A DNA stretch of 64,000 nucleotides, taken from assembly GCA_040756075.1 (NCBI GenBank), contig JBFLZX010000001.1:28787-92786 (forward strand), given 5' to 3'. This DNA is from Patescibacteria group bacterium (GTDB taxonomy: Bacteria; Patescibacteriota; JABMPQ01; JBFLZX01). A program made the position numbers and the translations under genes. The notes under the pieces were generated by a model that did no database searches, was not told the origin of the DNA, and saw only the letters and a program-made list of their open reading frames with translations. Position 1 is the stretch's first letter, and every line of letters starts with the position of its first letter. Positions 28,061 through 38,420 of the stretch are shown piece by piece.

Positions 28061-29508
28061 TCGATTGTCTTCTGATATATCCTAATCCTACAAAGGATAG
28101 TCCTAAAAAAGGCGTAGCTTTAGGTATCTTTTACTGCGGAGCAATGCTTGAGAAGAGCGGTCTTAGTGTAGAGTATTTTGATTCGCGTTTTGATAGTAAT
28201 GAAAAATTGAGAAAAATTATTGATCGCAGAGTGCTATGTGTCGGAATATCTTCTATGACCGGTAATCAACTAAGAGAAGCAAAAGAGTTTCTTAAATTTA
28301 TAAAGAATGAGGATGCATCTATTTTTACTATAATGGGCGGTGTTCATCCTTCAATTTTACCTCTTGAGACATTAAGTGATGAATTAGTTGATTTTGTAGT
28401 AATCGGAGAGGGAGAGTTTGTTTTAGTAGATTTGATTCGTCAACTAAAAGGCGATAGACGATTATCGGAAGTCGAAAGTCTTTGTTGGAAAGATGGCAGA
28501 AAATTAATTAAGAATAAAAGGGCTCCATTTATAGATTTAAAAGATTTACCATCCCCATTAACTAAGAAGACAGAAAAGTATTATGTTATATCTGCAAAGA
28601 CAAATAATTTAATTCATCCAACAAGCAGATCTTGTCCGGGTTTTTGCGGGTTTTGTTATAACACTGTAGTTAATAAGAGTCAATGGCGTTCTATGCCTGT
28701 TATGAAATGGGCAAAAGAGTTTAACGAAATGGTAAATTTAGCAAGGTTCTCCCATATGTTTACCGGCGATGATAATATTGGTAGAGATAAAGAGCGTATT
28801 AAAGAAATAGGAGATGTATTTATGGCCAGAGGTGTTACCTGGCATACGAATATTAGACCAGAATATTTAGATGAGGAGTTGATAGGGATCCTAGAGAGGG
28901 GTGGGTGTACTAGTTTGTTATTAGGTTATGAATCTGGTTGTAATAGGATATTGAATACAATAATAAAAAAAGGTTTACCTAATGGTGTTTTAGATTTACG
29001 AAGATGTGCCGAACTCATTGGTAGAAGTAAAATTAATGCGCTATATAGCTTTATGAGCAATCTTCCTACCGAAACCTGGGGTGAATTAAAGGAAAGTATG
29101 GATTTAGCAGATTATATAAAAAAAGTGGATAAAAAATGCAGAATTAGTTTTTATGTTTATGGTCCATATCCCGGTACGCCGATGTATCATATGGCTTTAA
29201 GGCAAGGCTTTAGAGAGCCTAGAAGTATAGAAGAGTGGGGAACTATTTGTTTGACTTACGCCGCAAATGCCTTAGTTGAAAATTTGCATTATATAGCTTC
29301 ATTAAATTTTAGGGGAGGCAAAGGCGATAATACTTCTATTAATTTTCCCGGTTTAAAAAGATTACTTTTATTGCCTTTTGAGTTATCGGCAAAATTAAGA
29401 TGGAAATTAAGATTTTTTAGGCTGTTCAATCTAGAAAAACGAATCGTAAAATACCTTTTTGGCTGGGCAGCAGCACGTATAGATAGATTGCATAAATATA
29501 ATATTTAA
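28057..29508 (+). CDS. B12-binding radical SAM protein
   Basis: N-terminal B12-binding-like domain. Radical SAM motif SRSCPGFCGFCYN. Confidence 0.7.
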   Translation: MIDCLLIYPNPTKDSPKKGVALGIFYCGAMLEKSGLSVEYFDSRFDSNEKLRKIIDRRVLCVGISSMTGNQLREAKEFLKFIKNEDASIFTIMGGVHPSILPLETLSDELVDFVVIGEGEFVLVDLIRQLKGDRRLSEVESLCWKDGRKLIKNKRAPFIDLKDLPSPLTKKTEKYYVISAKTNNLIHPTSRSCPGFCGFCYNTVVNKSQWRSMPVMKWAKEFNEMVNLARFSHMFTGDDNIGRDKERIKEIGDVFMARGVTWHTNIRPEYLDEELIGILERGGCTSLLLGYESGCNRILNTIIKKGLPNGVLDLRRCAELIGRSKINALYSFMSNLPTETWGELKESMDLADYIKKVDKKCRISFYVYGPYPGTPMYHMALRQGFREPRSIEEWGTICLTYAANALVENLHYIASLNFRGGKGDNTSINFPGLKRLLLLPFELSAKLRWKLRFFRLFNLEKRIVKYLFGWAAARIDRLHKYNI

Positions 29509-29515
29509 TATAAAA

Positions 29516-31051
29516 ATGACAAATACAGTTTTAGTCAGAGTAGATAGTAACTATCATGTAGGTATGGGGCATATTATGAGATGTGTTGCTTTAGCGCATG
29601 AGTTCAAACGGAGAGGAATAAAGCCTACTTTTCTAATTAAGAATTATAAAGAAGCTAAATTTATTCTAGATAAAAATTCTATGGATTATCTTTGTTTACC
29701 TAAAATAATCAGTATGGAAAAAGAAGTAGAATTTATTAATCAGTCTGCCAAAGATGCTAATACTAGAATCTTAGCAATAGATTTGAAAAAAATACCAGCT
29801 TTATACATTCAAGCTTTAAAAAATAAAGGATTTTTTCTTATATGTTTTTCTGATTTTGAAAAAATAAGGAAGAGCGCCGCGGACCTTATAATAGCCGGAG
29901 AATCTTATTATAAAAATAAAGAGGAAGGCATAGTTCGTGGTTTAGATTATATAATCACCGGAAGAACATCAATAAGATATAATAAGCGAAAAAAAATAAT
30001 TAATAAGGTTAAAAGGATTCTTTTAAGTTTTGGCGGGGGAGATAATGGCGGGGTATTTATAAAGGTCTTAAGGGCCTTAGAGAAATCTAGACATAGATTA
30101 GAATTCAATTTAATTGTTGGCGCAACATTTAAACGCCATTCTTTGCTAAAAAAAATTATTAATAAGACAAAATTAAATTTAAATATTATTGAAAATACTA
30201 ATTCAATGGCTAAATATTTATATAATACGGATGTTGCTTTTATATCTGGAGGGGCAACAAAATATGAAGCTGCGTGCATAGGGACACCATCTTTTATCAT
30301 AGCACAAGATAACAGGCAGTTTAAATATTCAAGAAGGTTTTCTGAATTGACAAAGGCAGCTATATGTTTAGGTAGGCATAATAAATTGAAAGTTAGGAAT
30401 ATTCATAAACAGGTCGACCCCCTTTTTTGTAATAAACAATTACTTAGAAAGATGAGTGATGCCGGTAAGCTTAGCGTCGATGGATTAGGTGCTAGGCGAA
30501 TAGTAGATAGGATATTATATTTACAATCTAAAATATTATATCCAAGCATCTCTCTGCGATTGGCGACAAGAAAAGACCTGCCATTATTATTGAAGTGGTT
30601 CAATGATCCAGAGTTAAGGCAATTTTCTATTACTTCCAAGAAAATAACATTAACTCAACATAGAAAATGGTTTACTAGTTTAAATAAAAGAAAAAATAAA
30701 ATATTTGCCGTTGATTTGAATGGGCAACATATAGGCACAGCGGCATTAAGGAATATTGACTCAAAAAATAGACAGGCTGAGTTAGCTATAGAGATAGGTG
30801 AAAAAGAGTATTGGGGTAAAGGTTACGGTACATTAATCATAAAACAACTTTTAGAATACGGATTCAATAAGCTTAATTTAAGATCGGTTTACCTTTCAGT
30901 TTTTTCCAAAAACAACAGAGCGGTTAATTTATATAAGAAGATCGGTTTTAGTCTTAATCAAAGTGAAAAAAAAATTATAAATAAAGACGGTAAGCGCATA
31001 GAGCTATCTCGAATGAATTTGGACAATAAAGAATATTTTAGGCGGAAATGA
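29516..31051 (+). CDS. PseG-like UDP-sugar hydrolase (GT-B fold) fused to a GNAT N-acetyltransferase (PseH-like)
   Basis: N-terminus: VRVDSNYHVGMGHIMRCVALAHEF, which matches the PseG G-x-G-H-x-x-R signature. C-terminal roughly 170 aa: GNAT fold (ATRKDLPLLLKWFNDPELRQF ... YWGKGYG). Confidence 0.65.
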   Translation: MTNTVLVRVDSNYHVGMGHIMRCVALAHEFKRRGIKPTFLIKNYKEAKFILDKNSMDYLCLPKIISMEKEVEFINQSAKDANTRILAIDLKKIPALYIQALKNKGFFLICFSDFEKIRKSAADLIIAGESYYKNKEEGIVRGLDYIITGRTSIRYNKRKKIINKVKRILLSFGGGDNGGVFIKVLRALEKSRHRLEFNLIVGATFKRHSLLKKIINKTKLNLNIIENTNSMAKYLYNTDVAFISGGATKYEAACIGTPSFIIAQDNRQFKYSRRFSELTKAAICLGRHNKLKVRNIHKQVDPLFCNKQLLRKMSDAGKLSVDGLGARRIVDRILYLQSKILYPSISLRLATRKDLPLLLKWFNDPELRQFSITSKKITLTQHRKWFTSLNKRKNKIFAVDLNGQHIGTAALRNIDSKNRQAELAIEIGEKEYWGKGYGTLIIKQLLEYGFNKLNLRSVYLSVFSKNNRAVNLYKKIGFSLNQSEKKIINKDGKRIELSRMNLDNKEYFRRK

Positions 31052-31785
31052 ATATGCATATATTATCAGCCCATCAACCAGCTTATTTGCCATGGCTAGG
31101 CTTATTTCATAAAATTGCTATTTCTGATACATTTGTAGTTTTTGATACCGTGCAATATTTAAACGAAGACTTCAATCATAGAAATAGAATCAAGATTCCA
31201 TTTGGTTCAATGTGGCTTACTGTTCCTGTTGTAACTAAGGGAAGATTTCCTTTATTATTAAGGGATGCCCAAATAGACAACTCTAAACCTTGGCAAAAAA
31301 AACATCTAAAATCTATTATGCAAAGATACAGCAAGGCCCCTTATTTTAAAGACTATATAAGATTTTTCGAAGAGCTTTATAGTAAAAAATGGGATATGTT
31401 AGTTCCTCTATGCGACACAATATTTAAGTATTTATTAAAAGAGATGAGAATTCATACAAAAATTATTTATGCCCATCAATATAAATTTCAAGGCAAGAAG
31501 TCGGATTTAATTCTTGATATGTGTAAACAACTAGATGCGGATCTATTTATTTTTGGCGAAATGGGGCAGGATTATGCCAAAAAGGAAGAGTATCATAAAA
31601 ATAGAATTATTCCTTATTTTCAAAAATATAATCATCCCATATATCCACAACTATATGGAAAGTTTATTCCTAATTTATCGACTATTGATTTACTTTTTAA
31701 TTGTGGAAGTAGGAGCTTAGAAATCATCATGCAAGGAAATATAACAAGAGAAGATTTAATGAAATTTTATACTACAGAAAGATAA
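31048..31785 (+). CDS. WbqC-like family protein (function unknown, found in O-antigen/nonulosonic acid loci)
   Basis: HILSAHQPAYLPWLGLFHKIAISDTFVVFDTVQY matches the WbqC-like signature. Confidence 0.6.
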   Translation: MNMHILSAHQPAYLPWLGLFHKIAISDTFVVFDTVQYLNEDFNHRNRIKIPFGSMWLTVPVVTKGRFPLLLRDAQIDNSKPWQKKHLKSIMQRYSKAPYFKDYIRFFEELYSKKWDMLVPLCDTIFKYLLKEMRIHTKIIYAHQYKFQGKKSDLILDMCKQLDADLFIFGEMGQDYAKKEEYHKNRIIPYFQKYNHPIYPQLYGKFIPNLSTIDLLFNCGSRSLEIIMQGNITREDLMKFYTTER

Positions 31786-31795
31786 GGAGAAACCG

Positions 31796-32488
31796 ATGGC
31801 TATTAATAATAGAATACTAGTTGTTGTAGCGCATCCAGATGATGAAGCGCTTGGCTGTGGAGGTGTTATTTCTAAGCATGCCGAAAAGGGAGATGATGTT
31901 TTTATCATATTTTTAGGGGAGGGGTTGGCAGCTAGGTACAAGGATTGCAAGACTCCATCAAAAAGAATATTAAATCTTCATAGAATGCAATCAAGAAAAG
32001 CAGCAGATATACTTGGAGCAAAGAGAGTATATTTTTTTAATCTGCCCGATAACGCTTTTGATTCTGTTAGGCTTTTAAAAATTATCAAGATAATAGAAAA
32101 AATAAAAAGAGACGTAAAACCGAACATTATTTATACACATTACTGCGGAGATTTAAATATCGATCATAGAATAACTCATCAGGCCGTTCTTACTGCTTCA
32201 AGACCTTTGGTTTCTGAAACCGTTAAAAATATTTATACCTTTGAAGTATTATCTTCTACTGAATGGGCCAATAATCAAAACGAAAGCTTTAAGCCAAACG
32301 TTTATATAGATATTTCGAGCCAACTGAGTAAAAAAATAAAGGCCTGCGAATGCTATAAAACAGAGATTAAAGAATGGCCTCATCCAAGAAGTAGGAAAGG
32401 GATTGAGATTTTAGCGCATAAAAGAGGCTTAGAGGTTAGTTTAAAACATGCCGAAGCATTTATGTTGATACGGAGTATAGGAGAATAA
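31796..32488 (+). CDS. PIG-L/LmbE-family N-acetyl-sugar deacetylase
   Basis: VVAHPDDEALGCGG zinc-binding motif. Confidence 0.75.
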   Translation: MAINNRILVVVAHPDDEALGCGGVISKHAEKGDDVFIIFLGEGLAARYKDCKTPSKRILNLHRMQSRKAADILGAKRVYFFNLPDNAFDSVRLLKIIKIIEKIKRDVKPNIIYTHYCGDLNIDHRITHQAVLTASRPLVSETVKNIYTFEVLSSTEWANNQNESFKPNVYIDISSQLSKKIKACECYKTEIKEWPHPRSRKGIEILAHKRGLEVSLKHAEAFMLIRSIGE

Positions 32489-32491
32489 TAA

Positions 32492-34330
32492 GTGAATTTA
32501 ATAGTTGTTCCGCCTAAGGTAAATGATTGTATTATTTCGGAGAAAATCAAGGCCCAAGAAAGTTATGTTTTTTTGGCTGATTTTCCTGGACAAATGAAAA
32601 ATTTTAAGATAAGAGGCCTAAATATTTTAAATAAAAGTTATTTTTTATCACAGGCCGAAATACGTTTAGTTGAAAAAAAAGCTGAATTTTTTGCTCAAAA
32701 TTGGTTTAAACAAGGCAAGTGCCAGGATCTATTAAGCTATAGAAATATAAACATAGGAGATGCATGCTATTTATTAATACTGAATTACATAATAAAAGTA
32801 TTAAGAGCAATTTTAATTTCAGAAAAATTAATAAATGATAATTTAGATAAAAAGTTTTTTTTAATAGACGATAAAGGATTTTGGTCAAAAACTTTCCTAG
32901 CAGTTATAAAGAATAAATATATAGAAGCCGAAACATTAGTTAATGGAATAAAAGTTTTTAAAAAAACAATTAATAAAGAAGGCATTAAATCTATCATAAA
33001 AAAAACAATTTTAAGGTTTACAAGATTAAACGTTGTTAATGCTCCTAATTTTAAAAAGGAGAAGATTATATTTTCTTGTGCTTTGAGATTCATAAAAGAT
33101 ATTTGGCAGGAATTAAGCGGCGATTACTCTATGTATTATCTGCGCCCGATATTTTCGTTCGATGCTCATAGAATTGAAAAAGATCACAGAGGTTTATATA
33201 TAAAACATATTCTACCAGAATATTTCATTAGTAATAGAGACAAGAACGAAATTGCTAAGAATGTTGATATAGGGAAAATAGCACAGGGTTTAAGAAGCTA
33301 TTTTTCGCAAAACCAATTTTTTAATTTCAATGAATATGATTTATGGCCTATTATAAATGACGATTTAATTCAGATAATTCAAGAGAATCTTATAGAATGT
33401 ATGGCCCGGATAAATAGTTTTGAATGTATGTTTAGTAGGTTAAATCCGATGCTGATTATTGTTGATGAAGACGATTGTCCTTTTAATAGGGTATTAATAA
33501 GATCTGCGAATCTAAAAAATATTAAAAGTATTCAATTAATCCATGGACTAACAGGAAATAGCTTATCAGAATCCGCAACTATTTCTACAAAAGTTGCTGT
33601 TTCTGGAAATGTTGCTTATAATAGGCTTATTGAGTTTGGCGTAGAAAAAAACATCATCGAAATTATTGGATCTCCTCATTATGAACAAAAATTAAAACAT
33701 AGCAATAAGAATAAGATAAAAAAGACAATATGTGATAAATTAAGATTTTTGTCAGATCCTGTTTTAGTAACGTTGGCATTACAACAGTTTTATAGTGATG
33801 ATAGAGTTACTCTCGCGCGTTTTCTAGAAGCAGATTTTATGGAGAAGATGCTACGGATCAGTATTGCAACATCAAAAAAAATTAAAAACATTAAATTGAT
33901 TATAAAATTACACCCCGGAGAAATACATGAATGGTTTGTTGATGATATTATTCGTTCTGAAAAAGCTAGGCATTTGGTAGCAGTTGTTAAGGAATACGAT
34001 ATCATGGATCTTTTATCTGCAAGTACGCTTGTTTTGACTTCCGGATCAACCGTATATACAGAATGTTTACTTACGGCTACGCCGGTATTATTATTTGATG
34101 ATAGCAGGGAAAGATCGTTAGATTTTTTAAGTACAGATTACTTGGATATTAATAATATGCATTTATCTGTTAGGCAGATTCAGAATATGATAGAAAGTTG
34201 TGAATTAAGAAATGACAAGTTATTATTCCAAAAGCAAGAATTAAAAACGCATTTTTTGAATAATAACGATGGCGCGCTTTATAATTTTAAACAATTAGTG
34301 CGGAATATGAGTAATCGGTCTTATGATTAA
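32492..34330 (+). CDS. TagB/TagF/KpsC-family GT-B transferase (CDP-glycerol glycerophosphotransferase or capsule beta-Kdo-transferase-like)
   Basis: The C-terminal block KLHPGE ... LTSGSTVYTECLLTATPVLLFDD resembles the K-x-HP ... TDYSS ... P-I-I-F signature of this family. GTG start. Confidence 0.4.
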   Translation: MNLIVVPPKVNDCIISEKIKAQESYVFLADFPGQMKNFKIRGLNILNKSYFLSQAEIRLVEKKAEFFAQNWFKQGKCQDLLSYRNINIGDACYLLILNYIIKVLRAILISEKLINDNLDKKFFLIDDKGFWSKTFLAVIKNKYIEAETLVNGIKVFKKTINKEGIKSIIKKTILRFTRLNVVNAPNFKKEKIIFSCALRFIKDIWQELSGDYSMYYLRPIFSFDAHRIEKDHRGLYIKHILPEYFISNRDKNEIAKNVDIGKIAQGLRSYFSQNQFFNFNEYDLWPIINDDLIQIIQENLIECMARINSFECMFSRLNPMLIIVDEDDCPFNRVLIRSANLKNIKSIQLIHGLTGNSLSESATISTKVAVSGNVAYNRLIEFGVEKNIIEIIGSPHYEQKLKHSNKNKIKKTICDKLRFLSDPVLVTLALQQFYSDDRVTLARFLEADFMEKMLRISIATSKKIKNIKLIIKLHPGEIHEWFVDDIIRSEKARHLVAVVKEYDIMDLLSASTLVLTSGSTVYTECLLTATPVLLFDDSRERSLDFLSTDYLDINNMHLSVRQIQNMIESCELRNDKLLFQKQELKTHFLNNNDGALYNFKQLVRNMSNRSYD

Positions 34331-34344
34331 CGCAGGGGGGCGTT

Positions 34345-35127
34345 ATGAAAATAAAAGAACTTTATTCATTGAAAGATAAAACAGCCATTATTACGGGCGG
34401 AGGCGGTAAAGTTGGTAAGTTTATAGTACGGGGCTTATGGGAGGCTGGTGCAAAATGCATTATTTTAAGTAGAAAAAAAGCGAATGCCTCTGATTTATTA
34501 AAAGAGGCAAAACTAAATGGTTACTCTTTATCTTTTTTAGCCTGTGATATTACAAAAGAGAAAGACCTTATAAAAATTAGTAAAAAATTAGCAAAAAATA
34601 AAAATATTAAAATATTAATTAATAATGCAGTTTATACTATAAGCAAAAATATTGAAAGCTTAACATATCAAGATTGGCAGAAAACATATGAGGTTAATCT
34701 TTTAGGGGGATTTCTTTGTGTGAAACATATCGGTCAATTAATTAAAAAAAACGGAGGCGGGAGCATAATTAACATAGGTTCTCATTATGGTTGTATTTCT
34801 TGTGATGAACGCATATATCGTAATAAGAATATAGCAAGCTCTTTATCATATGCAACTACAAAATCTGGAATTTTAAATTTTACACGTTATATCGCTACGC
34901 ACTGGGCAAAATATAAGATTAGGTGCAATACAATTTCTCCAGGAGGCTTTCAGGACAAAAATAATAACGATTATTATTTTAGAAGAGAGTATAAAAAAAG
35001 AGTTCCTCTTGGCAGAATGGCTTTCGAAGATGATATCAAGGGCGTAGCAGTATTTTTAGCTTCGGAAGCCTCGCAATATATTACTGGGCAAAATATTATT
35101 GTTGATGGCGGATGGACTGCTTGGTAA
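34345..35127 (+). CDS. Short-chain dehydrogenase/reductase (classical SDR)
   Basis: TGGGGKVGKF cofactor motif and a YxxxK catalytic pair (YATTK). Confidence 0.7.
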   Translation: MKIKELYSLKDKTAIITGGGGKVGKFIVRGLWEAGAKCIILSRKKANASDLLKEAKLNGYSLSFLACDITKEKDLIKISKKLAKNKNIKILINNAVYTISKNIESLTYQDWQKTYEVNLLGGFLCVKHIGQLIKKNGGGSIINIGSHYGCISCDERIYRNKNIASSLSYATTKSGILNFTRYIATHWAKYKIRCNTISPGGFQDKNNNDYYFRREYKKRVPLGRMAFEDDIKGVAVFLASEASQYITGQNIIVDGGWTAW

Positions 35128-35153
35128 AAATAGCTTAATAGGTAAGGATCTTT

Positions 35154-36098
35154 ATGAGATATAGAATTTTAGGTAAAACAGGTTTTAAAATTTCAGAAAT
35201 TTCTTTAGGGACTGTTGAGCTTGCACAAGATTACGGATTGTCTAAAGCTCCATCACGAAAAGACGCAGTAAATCTTATAAAATATGCTTTAGATAATGGG
35301 ATTAATTTTATTGATACTGCCAGGGCATATGATCCTGCGGAAGATATTATTGGTGAAGCTATCAGAGATAGGAAGGCTAATCGTCCCATAGTAGCTACTA
35401 AATTAGAATATTTTTTTAATGATGAATTAGGCGAGAAAGAACTGTTTAAGTTTTATAAAAAATCTATAGAGACTTCTTTGGATAGGCTAGGGGTAGATAT
35501 TATTGATATCCTAAAGCTGCATCAGACCGATAAAAATACTTTAAAGATTCCTGGATTACTTGAAGTATTAAGAAAGTTAAAAAAAGACCAAAGGATTAAG
35601 TTTTTAGGTGTGTCTATTTCTGATGTAAGTACTGCTAGAGAACTTATTAACAGTGATATTTTCGATGTAATACAAGTTGCTTTTAATGTATTCGATCAAA
35701 GATTGGAAAAGGAAATTATATATGCATCTTTAGAAAAAAAAATCGGTGTTATTGTGCGTTCAGCTTTTATGAGAGGAATCATTCCTTGTCCATTTGAGAA
35801 AGTTCCTTCTTTGCTTGTTTCTTTGATTCCTTACAAAGAACGCTTAAATTCGATATCAAATAGTATTAATGTTGAACCATATGAGGCCGCTTTATGTTTT
35901 CCTCTTACATTAAATGAGGTATCTACAACTATCGTAGGGATGGAAAATATAAGCTTATTAAGAAAAAATATCGAAGCAGTTAATAAATTCGATATTGTAT
36001 TAAATAATATTTATGAATTTAAAAATATGGCTATAGATAATGAATTTTTAATTACGCCAGCATTATGGGATGCTGCGTCAACAAAGGCTAAGGGATAG
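35154..36098 (+). CDS. Aldo/keto reductase family oxidoreductase
   Basis: YRILGKTGFKISEISLGT N-terminus and the TIM-barrel AKR pattern. Confidence 0.65.
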   Translation: MRYRILGKTGFKISEISLGTVELAQDYGLSKAPSRKDAVNLIKYALDNGINFIDTARAYDPAEDIIGEAIRDRKANRPIVATKLEYFFNDELGEKELFKFYKKSIETSLDRLGVDIIDILKLHQTDKNTLKIPGLLEVLRKLKKDQRIKFLGVSISDVSTARELINSDIFDVIQVAFNVFDQRLEKEIIYASLEKKIGVIVRSAFMRGIIPCPFEKVPSLLVSLIPYKERLNSISNSINVEPYEAALCFPLTLNEVSTTIVGMENISLLRKNIEAVNKFDIVLNNIYEFKNMAIDNEFLITPALWDAASTKAKG

Positions 36099-36105
36099 TT
36101 TTGTT

Positions 36106-37608
36106 ATGGCACATCATATAAAGAAACAAATTATGAAGGATACTGCTAAATTGACATCTGCTCAATACTTTTCTCAGGGATTAGGTTTCGTTACGTCTAT
36201 AATGATTCGTCGTTATTTAGGGCCATACTTTACAGGCATATGGAGTCTTCTGCGGATTATTTTAGATTATTCTGCTTATAATTCTTTGGGTGTAGATAGA
36301 GCCGCAATGTATAAGATACCATTTTTTATCGGACAGAATAAGCAGGAAGAGGTAAGAGAGATACAGAATTGTAGTTTTAGTTTTATGTTTTTAGCTTCAC
36401 TCCTCACAAGCGTATTGCTTGCTATAATTACAACATTTATAAAACATAGGTATCCTATAGAAGTAGTGGTTGGTTTATATGCGCTTTCTATTATTGCAAT
36501 TGTAGAAAAAATCAGCGCTTTTTTAATCTTATTGCCTAAGGCAGAAGGCGATTTTTCTGTTTTAAGTAAAGCCATAATTTTTGATGCCATTCTTAATATT
36601 ACATTAGTATTTTTACTAGTAAGGCCATTTTTTATATACGGTCTTTATACAATGATGTTTCTTTCAGCAGTAATAAATGCTGTGTTTGTATATAGCCTTA
36701 TAAAATGTAAGGTAAAATTAATCATAGATACTAAAATAATAAAAGGGCTTATAAAATATGGGTTCCCTATCCTTGGAATATCTCTTTTAACTGTTATATT
36801 AAGAAGCGTGGATAGGATTATTATTGCAAAGATGCTTGGCGTGACTTTTGTGGGATATTTTAGCCTAGGAATTATGACAAGAAATTATGCAGAAATTTTT
36901 GCGAGTTTTTCAACGGTATTAAGGCCAAGGATGATGCAGGCCTATGGAAAAGAAGAAAAAATAGAACACATGGAGAAGTTTGTGATTGGTTCATGTGAAA
37001 TTATAGCATTTACCTTGCCGATTATTTTAAGTATTATATATTTTTTAGGGCCGGTATTAGTCAGGCTGCTGTTGCCTAAGTTTATCCCTGGTATTATAGT
37101 TATGCAAATTCTTCTTCTAGATTCTTTTTTCCACTCAACTTATATACAGTCTCAACAATTTATAATTGCAATAGGCAAACAAAAAAAGATAATGGCTATA
37201 ATAACAGGAGTGATTATTTTAAATGGTATATTAGATTACTTTCTTATCAAAATGGGGCTAGGGATTGCAGGAGTTGCTGCGAGCACAGCATTTAGTTCAT
37301 TTTTGAGCTTTATATTAGTACAAATTGTTTCAATGAGATATTTTATGAATAATAAAGATATTATCTTTTTTATCATAAGGGTATTGGTTCCTGTATTTTA
37401 TATAAGCTTAGTATCAATTTTTATAGGGAATATAATTTTAGTGGCTAATCAGGTAATTGATTTATTATTAAAAATTGTTATAGTTCTTACTTCATCTTTG
37501 CCGTTGTTATTCTACTTAAACAGAAGGATTAATTTTATTCCAGTTTTAGTTTCTCTGATAAAAGGAAAATTTGGGATTAAAGACGATAATTACACAGATC
37601 TAATATAG
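36106..37608 (+). CDS. Wzx-like oligosaccharide flippase (MOP/polysaccharide biosynthesis protein family)
   Basis: About 12 TM helices. The N-terminus (KLTSAQYFSQGLGFVTSIMIRRYLGP) is typical of Wzx/PST flippases. The start is taken at the internal ATG 36106. Confidence 0.65.
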   Translation: MAHHIKKQIMKDTAKLTSAQYFSQGLGFVTSIMIRRYLGPYFTGIWSLLRIILDYSAYNSLGVDRAAMYKIPFFIGQNKQEEVREIQNCSFSFMFLASLLTSVLLAIITTFIKHRYPIEVVVGLYALSIIAIVEKISAFLILLPKAEGDFSVLSKAIIFDAILNITLVFLLVRPFFIYGLYTMMFLSAVINAVFVYSLIKCKVKLIIDTKIIKGLIKYGFPILGISLLTVILRSVDRIIIAKMLGVTFVGYFSLGIMTRNYAEIFASFSTVLRPRMMQAYGKEEKIEHMEKFVIGSCEIIAFTLPIILSIIYFLGPVLVRLLLPKFIPGIIVMQILLLDSFFHSTYIQSQQFIIAIGKQKKIMAIITGVIILNGILDYFLIKMGLGIAGVAASTAFSSFLSFILVQIVSMRYFMNNKDIIFFIIRVLVPVFYISLVSIFIGNIILVANQVIDLLLKIVIVLTSSLPLLFYLNRRINFIPVLVSLIKGKFGIKDDNYTDLI

Positions 37609-37669
37609 TTTTTATCCAGTTGTTGAAATATTAAGAATAATAATAGTGTTTGGAAAGGAGTTTTGGATT

Positions 37670-38395
37670 ATGAATTGCGTTCTTATAATGGCTAAAGAGG
37701 GAAGCAGCCTTGCCGGAAAAAATATATGGAATATAAGGGGTAGGACATTGCTTAACTGGCTTATAGATGACGCAAGGAAGTCATCTTTAGTTAATAAGGT
37801 ATTCGTTTCAACGAATGGTAAAGAAACAGCACAGATAGCAGAGAGGGCTAATGTTGAGTTAATTATTAGGAGTGACGATCTTGCAAAAAATGAGAATTTT
37901 CCGCAAGCTGTAGATCATGCTATAAATTATATTAAACAGAAATATGACGATCTTCAAATTATAACTATATCTCAATGCGTCGTTCCTTTTAGGGCCCCAG
38001 ATATATTTGATAGGTGTATTTCTTTTCTTCTGAAAAACAAAAATTATGATTCGGTCGTAACAATTAGAAAGACAGCAGATATTCCGGAAACGATCATGAA
38101 AGAAGAGAATGGATATTTGATGCCATATTTTTCGGAGCATCATGCTAAGTCTTTTTTATCCCGTCAGGATAGCCAGGCCTACGGAATAGATCATGTTATA
38201 GAATGTTTCCGTTATTCTTCATGGTTAAATAGAGAAAAAGGCATAAAACCTTGGTCATATCTTGGCAGAAAAATAAAGGGGATAGAGCAAGATTACCATA
38301 ATCCTAACTGTTTTGTAGATGTGCATACGCTAGATGACATAAGGTGGCTAGAATTTTTAGTCGATAATATTGGTTTTGAAGGAATGAAAAAATAA
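37670..38395 (+). CDS. Acylneuraminate (nonulosonate) cytidylyltransferase, NeuA-like
   Basis: MNCVLIMAKEGSSLAGKNIWNIRGRTLLNWLI corresponds to the IPARGGSKG..KN...GKPLI block. GGAAAGGAG RBS. Confidence 0.65.
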   Translation: MNCVLIMAKEGSSLAGKNIWNIRGRTLLNWLIDDARKSSLVNKVFVSTNGKETAQIAERANVELIIRSDDLAKNENFPQAVDHAINYIKQKYDDLQIITISQCVVPFRAPDIFDRCISFLLKNKNYDSVVTIRKTADIPETIMKEENGYLMPYFSEHHAKSFLSRQDSQAYGIDHVIECFRYSSWLNREKGIKPWSYLGRKIKGIEQDYHNPNCFVDVHTLDDIRWLEFLVDNIGFEGMKK

Positions 38396-38420
38396 ACGAA
38401 ACCACATCGAAGGAGAAAAA

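Noticed and set aside
31535-31720. 61 aa + strand ORF in an alternative frame inside the WbqC-like gene
   Set aside because: It is fully contained within a longer, motif-supported ORF in a different frame and has no RBS or signature of its own.
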